Part shown: piece after piece, positions 18,076 to 25,329 of the stretch
Layout: each line of letters opens with the position of its first letter
How positions within the stretch are numbered: position 1 is the stretch's first letter
Assembly (NCBI RefSeq): GCF_025210435.1
Contig: NZ_JAOART010000042.1
Span: 1-40,000 of the forward strand
Source of the DNA: Anaeromicrobium sp.
Lineage (GTDB): Bacteria; Bacillota; Clostridia; Peptostreptococcales; Thermotaleaceae
Direction of reading: 5' to 3'
Length of the DNA stretch: 40,000 nucleotides
Made by a program: the position numbers and the translations under genes
Notes under the pieces: model-generated
The model's input: the letters and a program-made list of their open reading frames with translations, nothing else
Databases searched by the model: none
Told to the model about the DNA's origin: nothing

Positions 18076-18622
18076 AACAAAATTAATAAATAGAATGCCT
18101 ACCTATGAAAGAAAATCACAGTTAGTTAATGAAATATTTACTCCCGTATCCATAGAACTAGAAAATGAAGAAATAAAAATAGATGATTTAAAAGATCAAC
18201 TATGGATAGATAGAGCTACTTGGGCATTAGATATATATGAAAAGGAATTAGGATTAAATTCTCAAGATGAAAACATTGAAAATAGAAGAAGTATAATAAA
18301 ATCCAAATATAGGGGAGTAGGTAAGGTAGGTAGTGATCTAATTAAAAAAGTATGTGATTCCTATACTAATGGAGATGTGGAAGTAACCTTTGATGGAAAG
18401 ATAAAAATAAAGTTTACAAGTGTATATGGTATCCCATCTAATATGGATAGTGTTAAGCAGGCTATAGATCATATAAAACCTGCTCATTTAGATTTTGATT
18501 TTATATACATCTATACTACGTGGGACGAATTAGATAAATACAATAATAGTTGGCAACAGTGGGACGATCTAAACCTTACATGGGATGAATTTGAGAAATA
18601 TAGGGGGGATAAACATGCCTAG
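18059..18622 (+). CDS. XkdU/YmfQ-like (DUF2313) tail protein, copy 2
   Basis: Blocks RRSIIKSKYRGVG and IKPAHL parallel copy 1. The start is uncertain: ATG 18059, or TTG 18068 giving IKTKLINRMPTYERKS, which aligns with MTKLKNNLPSYYRKS of copy 1. Confidence 0.7.
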   Translation: MLLLIKTKLINRMPTYERKSQLVNEIFTPVSIELENEEIKIDDLKDQLWIDRATWALDIYEKELGLNSQDENIENRRSIIKSKYRGVGKVGSDLIKKVCDSYTNGDVEVTFDGKIKIKFTSVYGIPSNMDSVKQAIDHIKPAHLDFDFIYIYTTWDELDKYNNSWQQWDDLNLTWDEFEKYRGDKHA

Positions 18623-19931
18623 TAAAGATAAAACTAAACATCTAAAATTAAACAAATGGGTAGGAAATGAATATGTTAAGAGGCAAGACTTTGTAGATGA
18701 CAATGAGAAGATAGATGAAGCTATTAAAGACTTAGATAATTCCAAAGTAGATAAAGTGTCCGGTAAAGGTCTGAGTACCAATGATTACACAAATGGAGAA
18801 AAAAGTAAGCTATCAGGAATTGAAAATGGGGCAAACAGATACACTCATCCATCAAACCATCCAGCAAGTATGATTACAGGTCTACATAATGTGGCTAAAA
18901 GTGGAGACTATAGGCAACTTAAAAACAAGCCCACATCATTACCTGCAAATGGAGGCAATGCTGATAAAGTAGATGGACTACATGCTAGTAGTTTTTTGAG
19001 AAGTGATGCAGATGATACTATAAATGGGAATTTAACACTTGCTAAAGGAAAAAGAATTAAATTACATGATAGTAATGCTATAGGATCTGCTATAGGTATG
19101 GATGGAGAGAACTTTGTTATTTGGGAAGAAGAAGATGGAGATAGGAAAATGCTTGAAATAAGAGATGATGAGCATGCATATGTTTATGGTAATAAAGTTT
19201 GGAGTAGTAGGAATGATGGACATGGTAGCGGATTGGATGCAGATACGGTAGATGGTATTCATAGTAACAATTTACAAAAGATTGTAAATCAAACATTTGA
19301 AGTAGGAGGGGATAAAGATACATTCTATCCAGTTATAATATCAAAATTTGATACATCTGAGATGAAGGATTTAATCATTTGTAGAAAATATCATGAACCA
19401 GCTCCTGATACGTGGAATACAGATACTCATAGAGGTGGGTTGAGAATGGATTTTACAAATGTTGCATTAGGAGGATGGGGCGGTCATTATGTAACTTATG
19501 ATGTAAGAATATCTCAAATATATTCAAATCAAGTTGCTGATTATGGCGTATTATCTCCAGATACTAGTAAATTTGTTGTATGGTTAAGAGGTGGTGGAGC
19601 AAGGTACCATCTGGTTCAAAGGAGTTGTTTTAATATATCACAGGTTAAGGTTTATCTTTCTACCTATACGTACAACCCATCATCTGAAAAAGAGTCAGAA
19701 TACAATTGTGTATTGAAGCCCAAATCAATTAATGAAATAAATCCTATACTTCAGCCTAAAGGAAGTGTTCATATTAAACATGGACAGTATCAACGGGGTG
19801 TTTATGTTGCAAATGAAAGTAGGCCAGGAGCTTCTTCTTATAAAATTTGGGATGAAAGGACATTAAAGATAGAAGAAGGCAAATTAAAGTATTATGCAAA
19901 TGGAAAATGGGTGGAAGTTAATACTGTATGA
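18615..19931 (+). CDS. tail fibre / receptor-binding protein, copy 2
   Basis: ATG at 18615 follows AGGGGGGAT. Fibre repeat motifs GKGLSTNDYTNGEKSKLSGIENGAN, GGNADKVDGLHASSFLRSD and GHGSGLDADTVDGIHS are present. The C-terminal domain is unrelated to fibre 1. Confidence 0.7.
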   Translation: MPSKDKTKHLKLNKWVGNEYVKRQDFVDDNEKIDEAIKDLDNSKVDKVSGKGLSTNDYTNGEKSKLSGIENGANRYTHPSNHPASMITGLHNVAKSGDYRQLKNKPTSLPANGGNADKVDGLHASSFLRSDADDTINGNLTLAKGKRIKLHDSNAIGSAIGMDGENFVIWEEEDGDRKMLEIRDDEHAYVYGNKVWSSRNDGHGSGLDADTVDGIHSNNLQKIVNQTFEVGGDKDTFYPVIISKFDTSEMKDLIICRKYHEPAPDTWNTDTHRGGLRMDFTNVALGGWGGHYVTYDVRISQIYSNQVADYGVLSPDTSKFVVWLRGGGARYHLVQRSCFNISQVKVYLSTYTYNPSSEKESEYNCVLKPKSINEINPILQPKGSVHIKHGQYQRGVYVANESRPGASSYKIWDERTLKIEEGKLKYYANGKWVEVNTV

Positions 19932-19968
19932 TAGCTTATGGAAGATATAATAAAAGAGAGGTATTTGT

Positions 19969-20364
19969 ATGTATAAAGTAGTTAAGAATATAAAATTAAG
20001 TAAAAATTTTTCTATTTCCGAATTCGTATGCAAAGAGGGAAAAAAAGAAGTGCTATGCGATTACAAACTAATAGAAAAACTACAAAAACTAAGAGATAAA
20101 ATAAATAAACCTATAACCATAAATAGTGGGTATAGATCAAAAACCTACAATAAAAAAGTAGGAGGAAGCCCTAAGAGTCAGCATTTATTAGGTAAAGCAG
20201 CAGATATAGTTACAAAAGGGATAGATAAAGAGAAAATAAAAGAAATAGCCATAGAACTAGGATTCACAGGAATAGGGCTATATGACATATTTGTCCACCT
20301 AGATGTACGCAACAATCCCCATCCTAGAGGTTATTCATTTTGGGATAATAGAACTAAGAGATAA
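19969..20364 (+). CDS. peptidase M15A-type cell-wall hydrolase (endolysin)
   Basis: 131 aa. Zn-ligand pattern SGYRS..SQH..GKAADI..FVHLDVR is typical of the Peptidase_M15_3/YcbK-like family. No wall-binding domain. Confidence 0.7.
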   Translation: MYKVVKNIKLSKNFSISEFVCKEGKKEVLCDYKLIEKLQKLRDKINKPITINSGYRSKTYNKKVGGSPKSQHLLGKAADIVTKGIDKEKIKEIAIELGFTGIGLYDIFVHLDVRNNPHPRGYSFWDNRTKR

Positions 20365-20377
20365 AGCAGGTGATAAA

Positions 20378-20584
20378 TTGACAATAGATATAATACAAAA
20401 GTTAGCAACGCAATATGGCCTATTTGTAGCATTAGTTGTATATGTTATATGGGATAGTAGGCTGAGGGAAGTTAAGTATATTAGGATAATAGATGATCTG
20501 TCTAGGAAATTTGGTGTTATTACAGATATAAAGAAGGAAGTTTACTATATTAAAAGGAGTATTGAAAAAATAAATAGGGGGTAG
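20378..20584 (+). CDS. BhlA/UviB-family holin-like peptide
   Basis: TTG at 20378 lies 5 nt after AGGTGA (tracked 20303 start overlaps the lysin). 68 aa with one N-terminal TM segment (QYGLFVALVVYVIWDSRLRE) and a charged tail, as in BhlA/UviB. Confidence 0.55.
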   Translation: MTIDIIQKLATQYGLFVALVVYVIWDSRLREVKYIRIIDDLSRKFGVITDIKKEVYYIKRSIEKINRG

Positions 20585-20587
20585 AAG

Positions 20588-20929
20588 ATGATTGGTTTTA
20601 TGAAGAATCATTACCTGGATTTAATCACTGTAATAGGGACTATTGCAGTTTTATTATTTTTATACAAAAAAGAGAAAATAGAATTAGTAAAAAAAATCGT
20701 ATTATCCCTAGTAATTCAAGCAGAAAAGGCATTTGGTAGGGGTATGGGGGACATAAAATATTTTTATGTGGTGGAAAAGACCTATGAGGTACTGCCTACT
20801 GTGGTAAAGGTACTTATTACTAAAAAAGATTTGGACAACTTAATAGAAGAAGGAGTTACCTATATGAAATCCTATCTATCTAAAGAGGGTAGGCATATGG
20901 ATGACATACTAAATGAAGCGGAGGCCTAG
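20588..20929 (+). CDS. holin, LL-H-family-like
   Basis: 113 aa with an N-terminal TM segment (LITVIGTIAVLLFLY), then LVIQAEKAFGRGMGDIKYFYV resembling the LL-H holin core. It is the last gene of the tail block. Confidence 0.55.
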   Translation: MIGFMKNHYLDLITVIGTIAVLLFLYKKEKIELVKKIVLSLVIQAEKAFGRGMGDIKYFYVVEKTYEVLPTVVKVLITKKDLDNLIEEGVTYMKSYLSKEGRHMDDILNEAEA

Positions 20930-20945
20930 GCCTCCGCTTTTTTTA
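20916..20945. terminator. bidirectional terminator shared by convergent holin and lon-like genes
   Basis: Perfect 20-nt palindrome GCGGAGGCCTAGGCCTCCGC (20918-20937) is followed by T7. It overlaps both stop codons. Confidence 0.75.
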
Positions 20946-23298
20946 ATCTTTCTGCTTCTGCTAATTCGGATAGTTTTTCATTGACTAAATAATGGATAGA
21001 ACCTTCAGGGTATTCGCCTAAATCGTTCTTTTCTCCAGCTTCCACACCTGTTAGGATTTGGATACCTTCATTGATGGTTTTAACTGAATAAATGTGGAAC
21101 ATGCCATTTTTCACGGCCCCAATTACTTCATCGGAAAGCATTAGATTTTTCACATTTTGGTGAGGAATCATAACTCCCTGTTCTCCCGTTAATCCTTTTA
21201 ATTTACATATCTTGTAAAATCCTTCAATTTTTTCGTTTACTCCACCTATAGGTTGGATCTCACCCCTTTGATTTACTGATCCTGTTACGGCTATAGATTG
21301 TTTGATAGGTACTTCTGATATGCTAGATAATATGGCATATAGTTCCGTGGAGGATGCACTGTCTCCATCTACTCCAGAGTATAGTTGTTCAAATACTATA
21401 CTGGCAGATATGGCTAGGGGTTTATCTTGGGCATATTTATGTCCAAGGTATCCACTTATTATCATGACGCCCTTATCGTGAATACGGCCACTAGATTCTA
21501 CTTCCCTTTCAATATTGATTATTCCAGCACGGCCACGATAGGTAGATACGGTGATTTTGCTAGGTTTACCAAAGGAATAGTCACCTACTCCCACAACGGC
21601 TAGTCCATTTATTTCTCCCACTCTTTTCCCATCCACATTTAATAAAATATCTTCTGATTCAAACATTTCAAATATTTTTTCTTCATATATGCCATTTCTG
21701 TACATCTTTTGTTCAATGGCCTTTTTAACATGGGATTTTTCAACTATAGGGCTATTGTCAAATTCTGCCCAAGTATTTGCTTCATAAAGGATTTCAACTA
21801 TGGAATTAAATCTAGCACTTAGCTTTTGTTTATGGTCTGCAAGTCGAGAGCTGTGTTCTATGATCTTTTCTACAGCCTCTTTAGTAAAATGACGTAGATT
21901 CTTTTTTTCACAATGGGAAGCAATGAAACGAGCCATTTTAATTGAATTATTTTTATTTCTTACCATTTGAGTGTCATAGTCAGCCATTATCTTAAATAAT
22001 TTTCTAAAGTCTTCATCGTGGGAATATAAGGCATTATAGGCATAGTGGCTTCCTATTATGATGACTTTTAAATTTAAAGGAATAGATTCAGGTTTCAAAG
22101 TTCCTGAGATAATATAATTTAGGGGTCTATTTAAATCGTCTATCAGGGATTTATTATTAGTTAACATTCTCTTAAGGCTAGTCCAAGTTGCAGAATTAGA
22201 TAATATATCCTTAGCTTGAAGAACTAAATATCCTCCATTAGCTTCATGGATAGATCCGGGTTTTATTTGGGTAAAGTCTGTTTTCATAATCCCCATTTCA
22301 TTTTTGTATTCAATACGCCCTAACAAATTATGATAAGCAGCATTAGATTCAAATATGACAGGGGCCTTATCTAAGGAAGAATTATCAATAAATAGGTTTA
22401 CCTTGTATCTAAGGAAAAATTCTTCGTATCCTTCCTGTTCCTTATTTCCTTTGAAAACGGCTATGTTTTTTAATATATCTTGGGATACCATATTAAAATA
22501 TTCTGTAGTTTTTGGAGAAGATGAGTATTTTTCCTTTAAAGGATCTATATAAAAGTCAATTAAATTAATAACCGTCTCCTCATCTAGTTCTTTGAATTTT
22601 AATTTTATATAAGCATCCTTGTTTTTTAAATCACTAAATATATCTGTAGTTTCTATGGTTAGTTTATCAGATTGAATTCTTATACTTTCGATTTCATCAT
22701 CGGAAAGTTTATTTATATCCTCTTCTGTCATAGGTTCACTATCTTTAAGGGGGAGACTTAATATACCCTGTTCCGTATTAGTAAAGATAAATCCATAGTT
22801 TGGTCCTATCACATTTAATTCTTCAATTAAATTATTTATATAGTTTTCATATTCTTGGGATATACTAGTTTTTGCTCTTTGATATTCTTTAGAATGAAAT
22901 ATCTTTTTAATATCTTTTTTTAGTAATTTTATAGTGTTTTCCATGTCCTTTGAAAACTCTTTTCCAAGACCTGCCTTTAAGTTAATACTCATTGGAGTGT
23001 ATGGATTTTTAAAGTTGTATATATAAATCCAATCATCGGGGATTGAAAGATTTCTTGAAAAATACTTGGCAATATGTTTCACATAACTATTTCGACCAGT
23101 ACCACTGGCACCTGCCACAAAAATATTATAGCCTTTATTTTTCACTGAAAGACCAAATTGTATGGCTTCAGAAGCTCTCTTTTGGCCTATGATTTCAGGT
23201 CCTAATGGAATTAAGTCTTTTGTAGTACTAAAATTTACAGATTCTAAACTACATGTATTTTTTAAATTTTCTATAGATACTTTAGATTTATTGAGCAT
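20926..23298 (-). CDS. Lon-like protease (COG1067/LonC-like) with degenerate Walker A
   Basis: 790 aa. The AAA-like N-terminal half carries GASGTGRNS (Arg replaces the Walker Lys). The C-terminal Lon protease domain has VDGDSASS (catalytic Ser) and PIGGVNEKIEGF (catalytic Lys). Confidence 0.8.
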   Translation of the reverse strand: MLNKSKVSIENLKNTCSLESVNFSTTKDLIPLGPEIIGQKRASEAIQFGLSVKNKGYNIFVAGASGTGRNSYVKHIAKYFSRNLSIPDDWIYIYNFKNPYTPMSINLKAGLGKEFSKDMENTIKLLKKDIKKIFHSKEYQRAKTSISQEYENYINNLIEELNVIGPNYGFIFTNTEQGILSLPLKDSEPMTEEDINKLSDDEIESIRIQSDKLTIETTDIFSDLKNKDAYIKLKFKELDEETVINLIDFYIDPLKEKYSSSPKTTEYFNMVSQDILKNIAVFKGNKEQEGYEEFFLRYKVNLFIDNSSLDKAPVIFESNAAYHNLLGRIEYKNEMGIMKTDFTQIKPGSIHEANGGYLVLQAKDILSNSATWTSLKRMLTNNKSLIDDLNRPLNYIISGTLKPESIPLNLKVIIIGSHYAYNALYSHDEDFRKLFKIMADYDTQMVRNKNNSIKMARFIASHCEKKNLRHFTKEAVEKIIEHSSRLADHKQKLSARFNSIVEILYEANTWAEFDNSPIVEKSHVKKAIEQKMYRNGIYEEKIFEMFESEDILLNVDGKRVGEINGLAVVGVGDYSFGKPSKITVSTYRGRAGIINIEREVESSGRIHDKGVMIISGYLGHKYAQDKPLAISASIVFEQLYSGVDGDSASSTELYAILSSISEVPIKQSIAVTGSVNQRGEIQPIGGVNEKIEGFYKICKLKGLTGEQGVMIPHQNVKNLMLSDEVIGAVKNGMFHIYSVKTINEGIQILTGVEAGEKNDLGEYPEGSIHYLVNEKLSELAEAERLKKAEA

Positions 23299-23370
23299 AA
23301 GAATACCCCCCTTTTATGAATATATACCCTAATAAAAGGTAAAGTATCATGTGAATTGTTGGTAAATAAT

Positions 23371-23440
23371 AAAAATTCAAATATATTTTCCTGAAGTAGG
23401 GCCATATAAAGCTAGTTTATAAATAATAAATCTATAGTTG
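23371..23440 (+). repeat. solo copy of the ~65-bp interspersed repeat family
   Basis: AAAAATTCAAATATATTTTCCTGAAGTAGGGCCATATAAAGCTAGTTTATAAATAATAAATCTATAGTTG aligns along its length with 5698-5771 and with the reverse complement of 30731-30780. Confidence 0.7.
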
Positions 23441-23499
23441 AGTATAAGGGTAATTTGTGATAACATATAAAAAAATATTTATTAATGGTGATTGAGAAG

Positions 23500-23535
23500 C
23501 ACTGTAAAACTTTCGGGTTTTAGGGTGTTTTTTTT
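23500..23535 (+). terminator. terminator-like hairpin plus T8 immediately upstream of the MATE gene
   Basis: CACTGTAAAA (23500-23509) pairs with TTTTAGGGTG (23518-27) with one mismatch and one G-U pair, then TTTTTTTT. It ends ~30 nt before the MATE start. Confidence 0.4.
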
Positions 23536-23564
23536 GTTAGGAAAAATTGAGAGTAGGTGATAAT

Positions 23565-24914
23565 ATGAGTGATTCAAAATCCTTTTATAAGTTACTATTT
23601 AAAGTGGCTTTTCCAATTATGATTCAGTACTTTATAACTTCTTCTGTAAATATGATGGATAGCTTCATGATCGGGAAATTAGGAGAGGAAGCCGTGGCTG
23701 CATTAGGTATCTCAAATCAATACTTTTTCATGTTTAATTTACTTATGATGGGTATATGTTCTGGATGTAATGTTTTAATAGCCCAATTTTGGGGAAAGGA
23801 AGATGTTAATAGTATAAGAAGGGTATTGGGTGTATCTTTGGTATTAGGTATAAGTACTAGCATTGTATTTTTAATAGGAGGAACTTTCTTTAATGAAAAT
23901 ATAATATATTTATTTAATAAAAGTAATGTAGTCATATCCTTAGGTAAAGATTATTTAACCATTGTGAGCATGAGTTATGTGTTTACAGCCATATCCTTAT
24001 CCTATGGAATTGGAAGTAGGGGAGTGCAACAAACGGTTGTGCCTATGGTATGTAGTAGTGTGGCCTTTGTATTAAATGTAGTATTTAATTATGGTCTTAT
24101 ATTTGGGAATTTAGGTATGCCTGCCTTGGGTATAAAGGGAGCAGCCATGGCTACTTTAATAGCTAGAGTTGTGGAAATGGTTTTAATTATATGTTTAATA
24201 TACGGAAAAGGTCATGTGTTAAAAGCTTCTTTTAAGACCTTAATAGACTTTGATAGGGGATTTTTTAAGAGAGTTATGGATGTTACTATACCTGTTATAA
24301 TAAATGAAATTTGTTGGGGGTTAGGTATAGTCATATATGCTATCATATATGGAAATATGGGAACAAGATCAATGGCAGCAGTTCAGATATGTACATCCAT
24401 ACAAAATATGTTTTTAATCGTATTATTTGCCATGGCCAATGGAGCCTGCGCCATTGTGGGAACGGAAGTAGGTAGAGGAGATTATGATAAAAGTAAATAT
24501 TATTCTAAAAAATTACTTGAAACTACTTTGGTCTTATCTGTGATAATAGGAATAATTTTAGTAATATCATCTAAATATGTACTGAAAATTTATAATGTAT
24601 CTGATGAAGTTTATATGAACGCCTATTATATGATTGTAATAACATCAATAGTTCTTCCAGCCCGTTTCATAGGTGGAATATTAATCGTTGGGATACTAAG
24701 GGGTGGAGGAGATACTAAGTATGTTTTAAGGGTAGAGTTTATGACCATGTGGTTTATAGGAGTGCCCCTTTGTTTAATAGGAGCCATCTTATTTAAATTA
24801 AGAATATATGAAGTATATATGTTAGTAACTCTAGAGGAAGTGGTAAAGTGTGTAGTATCCTTTACGAGATATAAATCGGGGAAGTGGATAAAAAATTTAA
24901 CAGTGGCAGAATAA
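23565..24914 (+). CDS. MATE family efflux transporter
   Basis: ATG at 23565 follows AGGTGA. ~449 aa, polytopic and hydrophobic with the typical MATE N-terminus (FYKLLFKVAFPIMIQYFITSSVNMMDSFMIGKLGEEAVAALG). Confidence 0.85.
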   Translation: MSDSKSFYKLLFKVAFPIMIQYFITSSVNMMDSFMIGKLGEEAVAALGISNQYFFMFNLLMMGICSGCNVLIAQFWGKEDVNSIRRVLGVSLVLGISTSIVFLIGGTFFNENIIYLFNKSNVVISLGKDYLTIVSMSYVFTAISLSYGIGSRGVQQTVVPMVCSSVAFVLNVVFNYGLIFGNLGMPALGIKGAAMATLIARVVEMVLIICLIYGKGHVLKASFKTLIDFDRGFFKRVMDVTIPVIINEICWGLGIVIYAIIYGNMGTRSMAAVQICTSIQNMFLIVLFAMANGACAIVGTEVGRGDYDKSKYYSKKLLETTLVLSVIIGIILVISSKYVLKIYNVSDEVYMNAYYMIVITSIVLPARFIGGILIVGILRGGGDTKYVLRVEFMTMWFIGVPLCLIGAILFKLRIYEVYMLVTLEEVVKCVVSFTRYKSGKWIKNLTVAE

Positions 24915-24919
24915 TCTAA

Positions 24920-24950
24920 AAAGGCTAATATGAACTAGGTATTAGCCTTT
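24920..24950. terminator. bidirectional terminator between MATE and 2Fe-2S genes
   Basis: Stem AAAGGCTAATA / TATTAGCCTTT with a 9-nt loop, flanked by A-runs and T-runs. Confidence 0.65.
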
Positions 24951-25229
24951 CTAAATTTCAACTATTATATCTTCCTTAGGAATATAACTACAGGATAATC
25001 GGAAGTTTCTTTTTATTTCTTCGTCGGATAATTTATCATATTCTTCTGCACTAATATCCATTAAATCATTTCCCTTTGTTATTTTAACTCTACACCCTCC
25101 ACAAAGGGCGTTGCCACCACAGGGGGAAGGAATGAATATATTATTATGTCTTAAGATTTGAAGTAATGTACTACCAGGTATTGTGTCTATGATTTTATTA
25201 GATTTGGAAAAGGTGATTTTTATGTACAT
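24951..25229 (-). CDS. small 2Fe-2S ferredoxin-like protein
   Basis: Cys pattern PCGGNALCGGCRV...RLSC is of plant-type fer2 spacing. ATG at 25229 lies ~9 nt after AAGGAT; the tracked GTG is at 25238. Confidence 0.6.
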   Translation of the reverse strand: MYIKITFSKSNKIIDTIPGSTLLQILRHNNIFIPSPCGGNALCGGCRVKITKGNDLMDISAEEYDKLSDEEIKRNFRLSCSYIPKEDIIVEI

Positions 25230-25297
25230 ATTATTCACATCCTTATGTTAAATATAAGAATCATATTAATAGTATATACAATAATATTAATAATAAA

Positions 25298-25325
25298 AGG
25301 AAGGTGAAAATAAATCACCTTCCTT
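25298..25325 (-). terminator. rho-independent terminator after the hydrogenase gene
   Basis: Stem AAGGAAGGTGA / TCACCTTCCTT. On the minus strand it is followed by TTTTATTATT. Confidence 0.65.
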
Positions 25326-25329
25326 AAAA

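Larger units (their letters stand above)
5999..20929 (+). other. PBSX-like contractile phage-tail cluster without head/packaging genes (candidate R-type tailocin locus)
   Basis: An uninterrupted co-directional block runs from regulator to lysis genes with tight or overlapping junctions. No terminase, portal, capsid, integrase or replication genes occur on either side within the window. Confidence 0.7.

Noticed and set aside
7602-19323. Assorted minus-strand ORFs inside the tail genes (for example 7602-7808, 8098-8430, 9575-9967, 10397-10690, 11968-12183, 12731-12976, 13471-13776, 16340-16765, 18569-18781, 19062-19323)
   Set aside because: All are antisense to well-supported plus-strand genes. 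Their Ser/Leu/Phe-rich composition is typical of shadow ORFs in AT-rich DNA.
13220-19931. Invertible or shufflon-type tail-fibre switch, or a diversity-generating retroelement acting on the fibres
   Set aside because: Both modules are in the same orientation. I found no flanking inverted repeats, no invertase gene, no reverse transcriptase and no template/variable repeat pair.
5999-20929. Complete inducible prophage
   Set aside because: No terminase, portal, capsid, integrase, repressor or replication genes occur anywhere in the window. Only tail, regulator and lysis functions are present.
20926-23298. Lon-like protease as BrxL of a BREX system
   Set aside because: No other BREX components (PglX methylase, PglZ, BrxC and so on) are in the window. 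The architecture fits the COG1067/LonC-like family instead.
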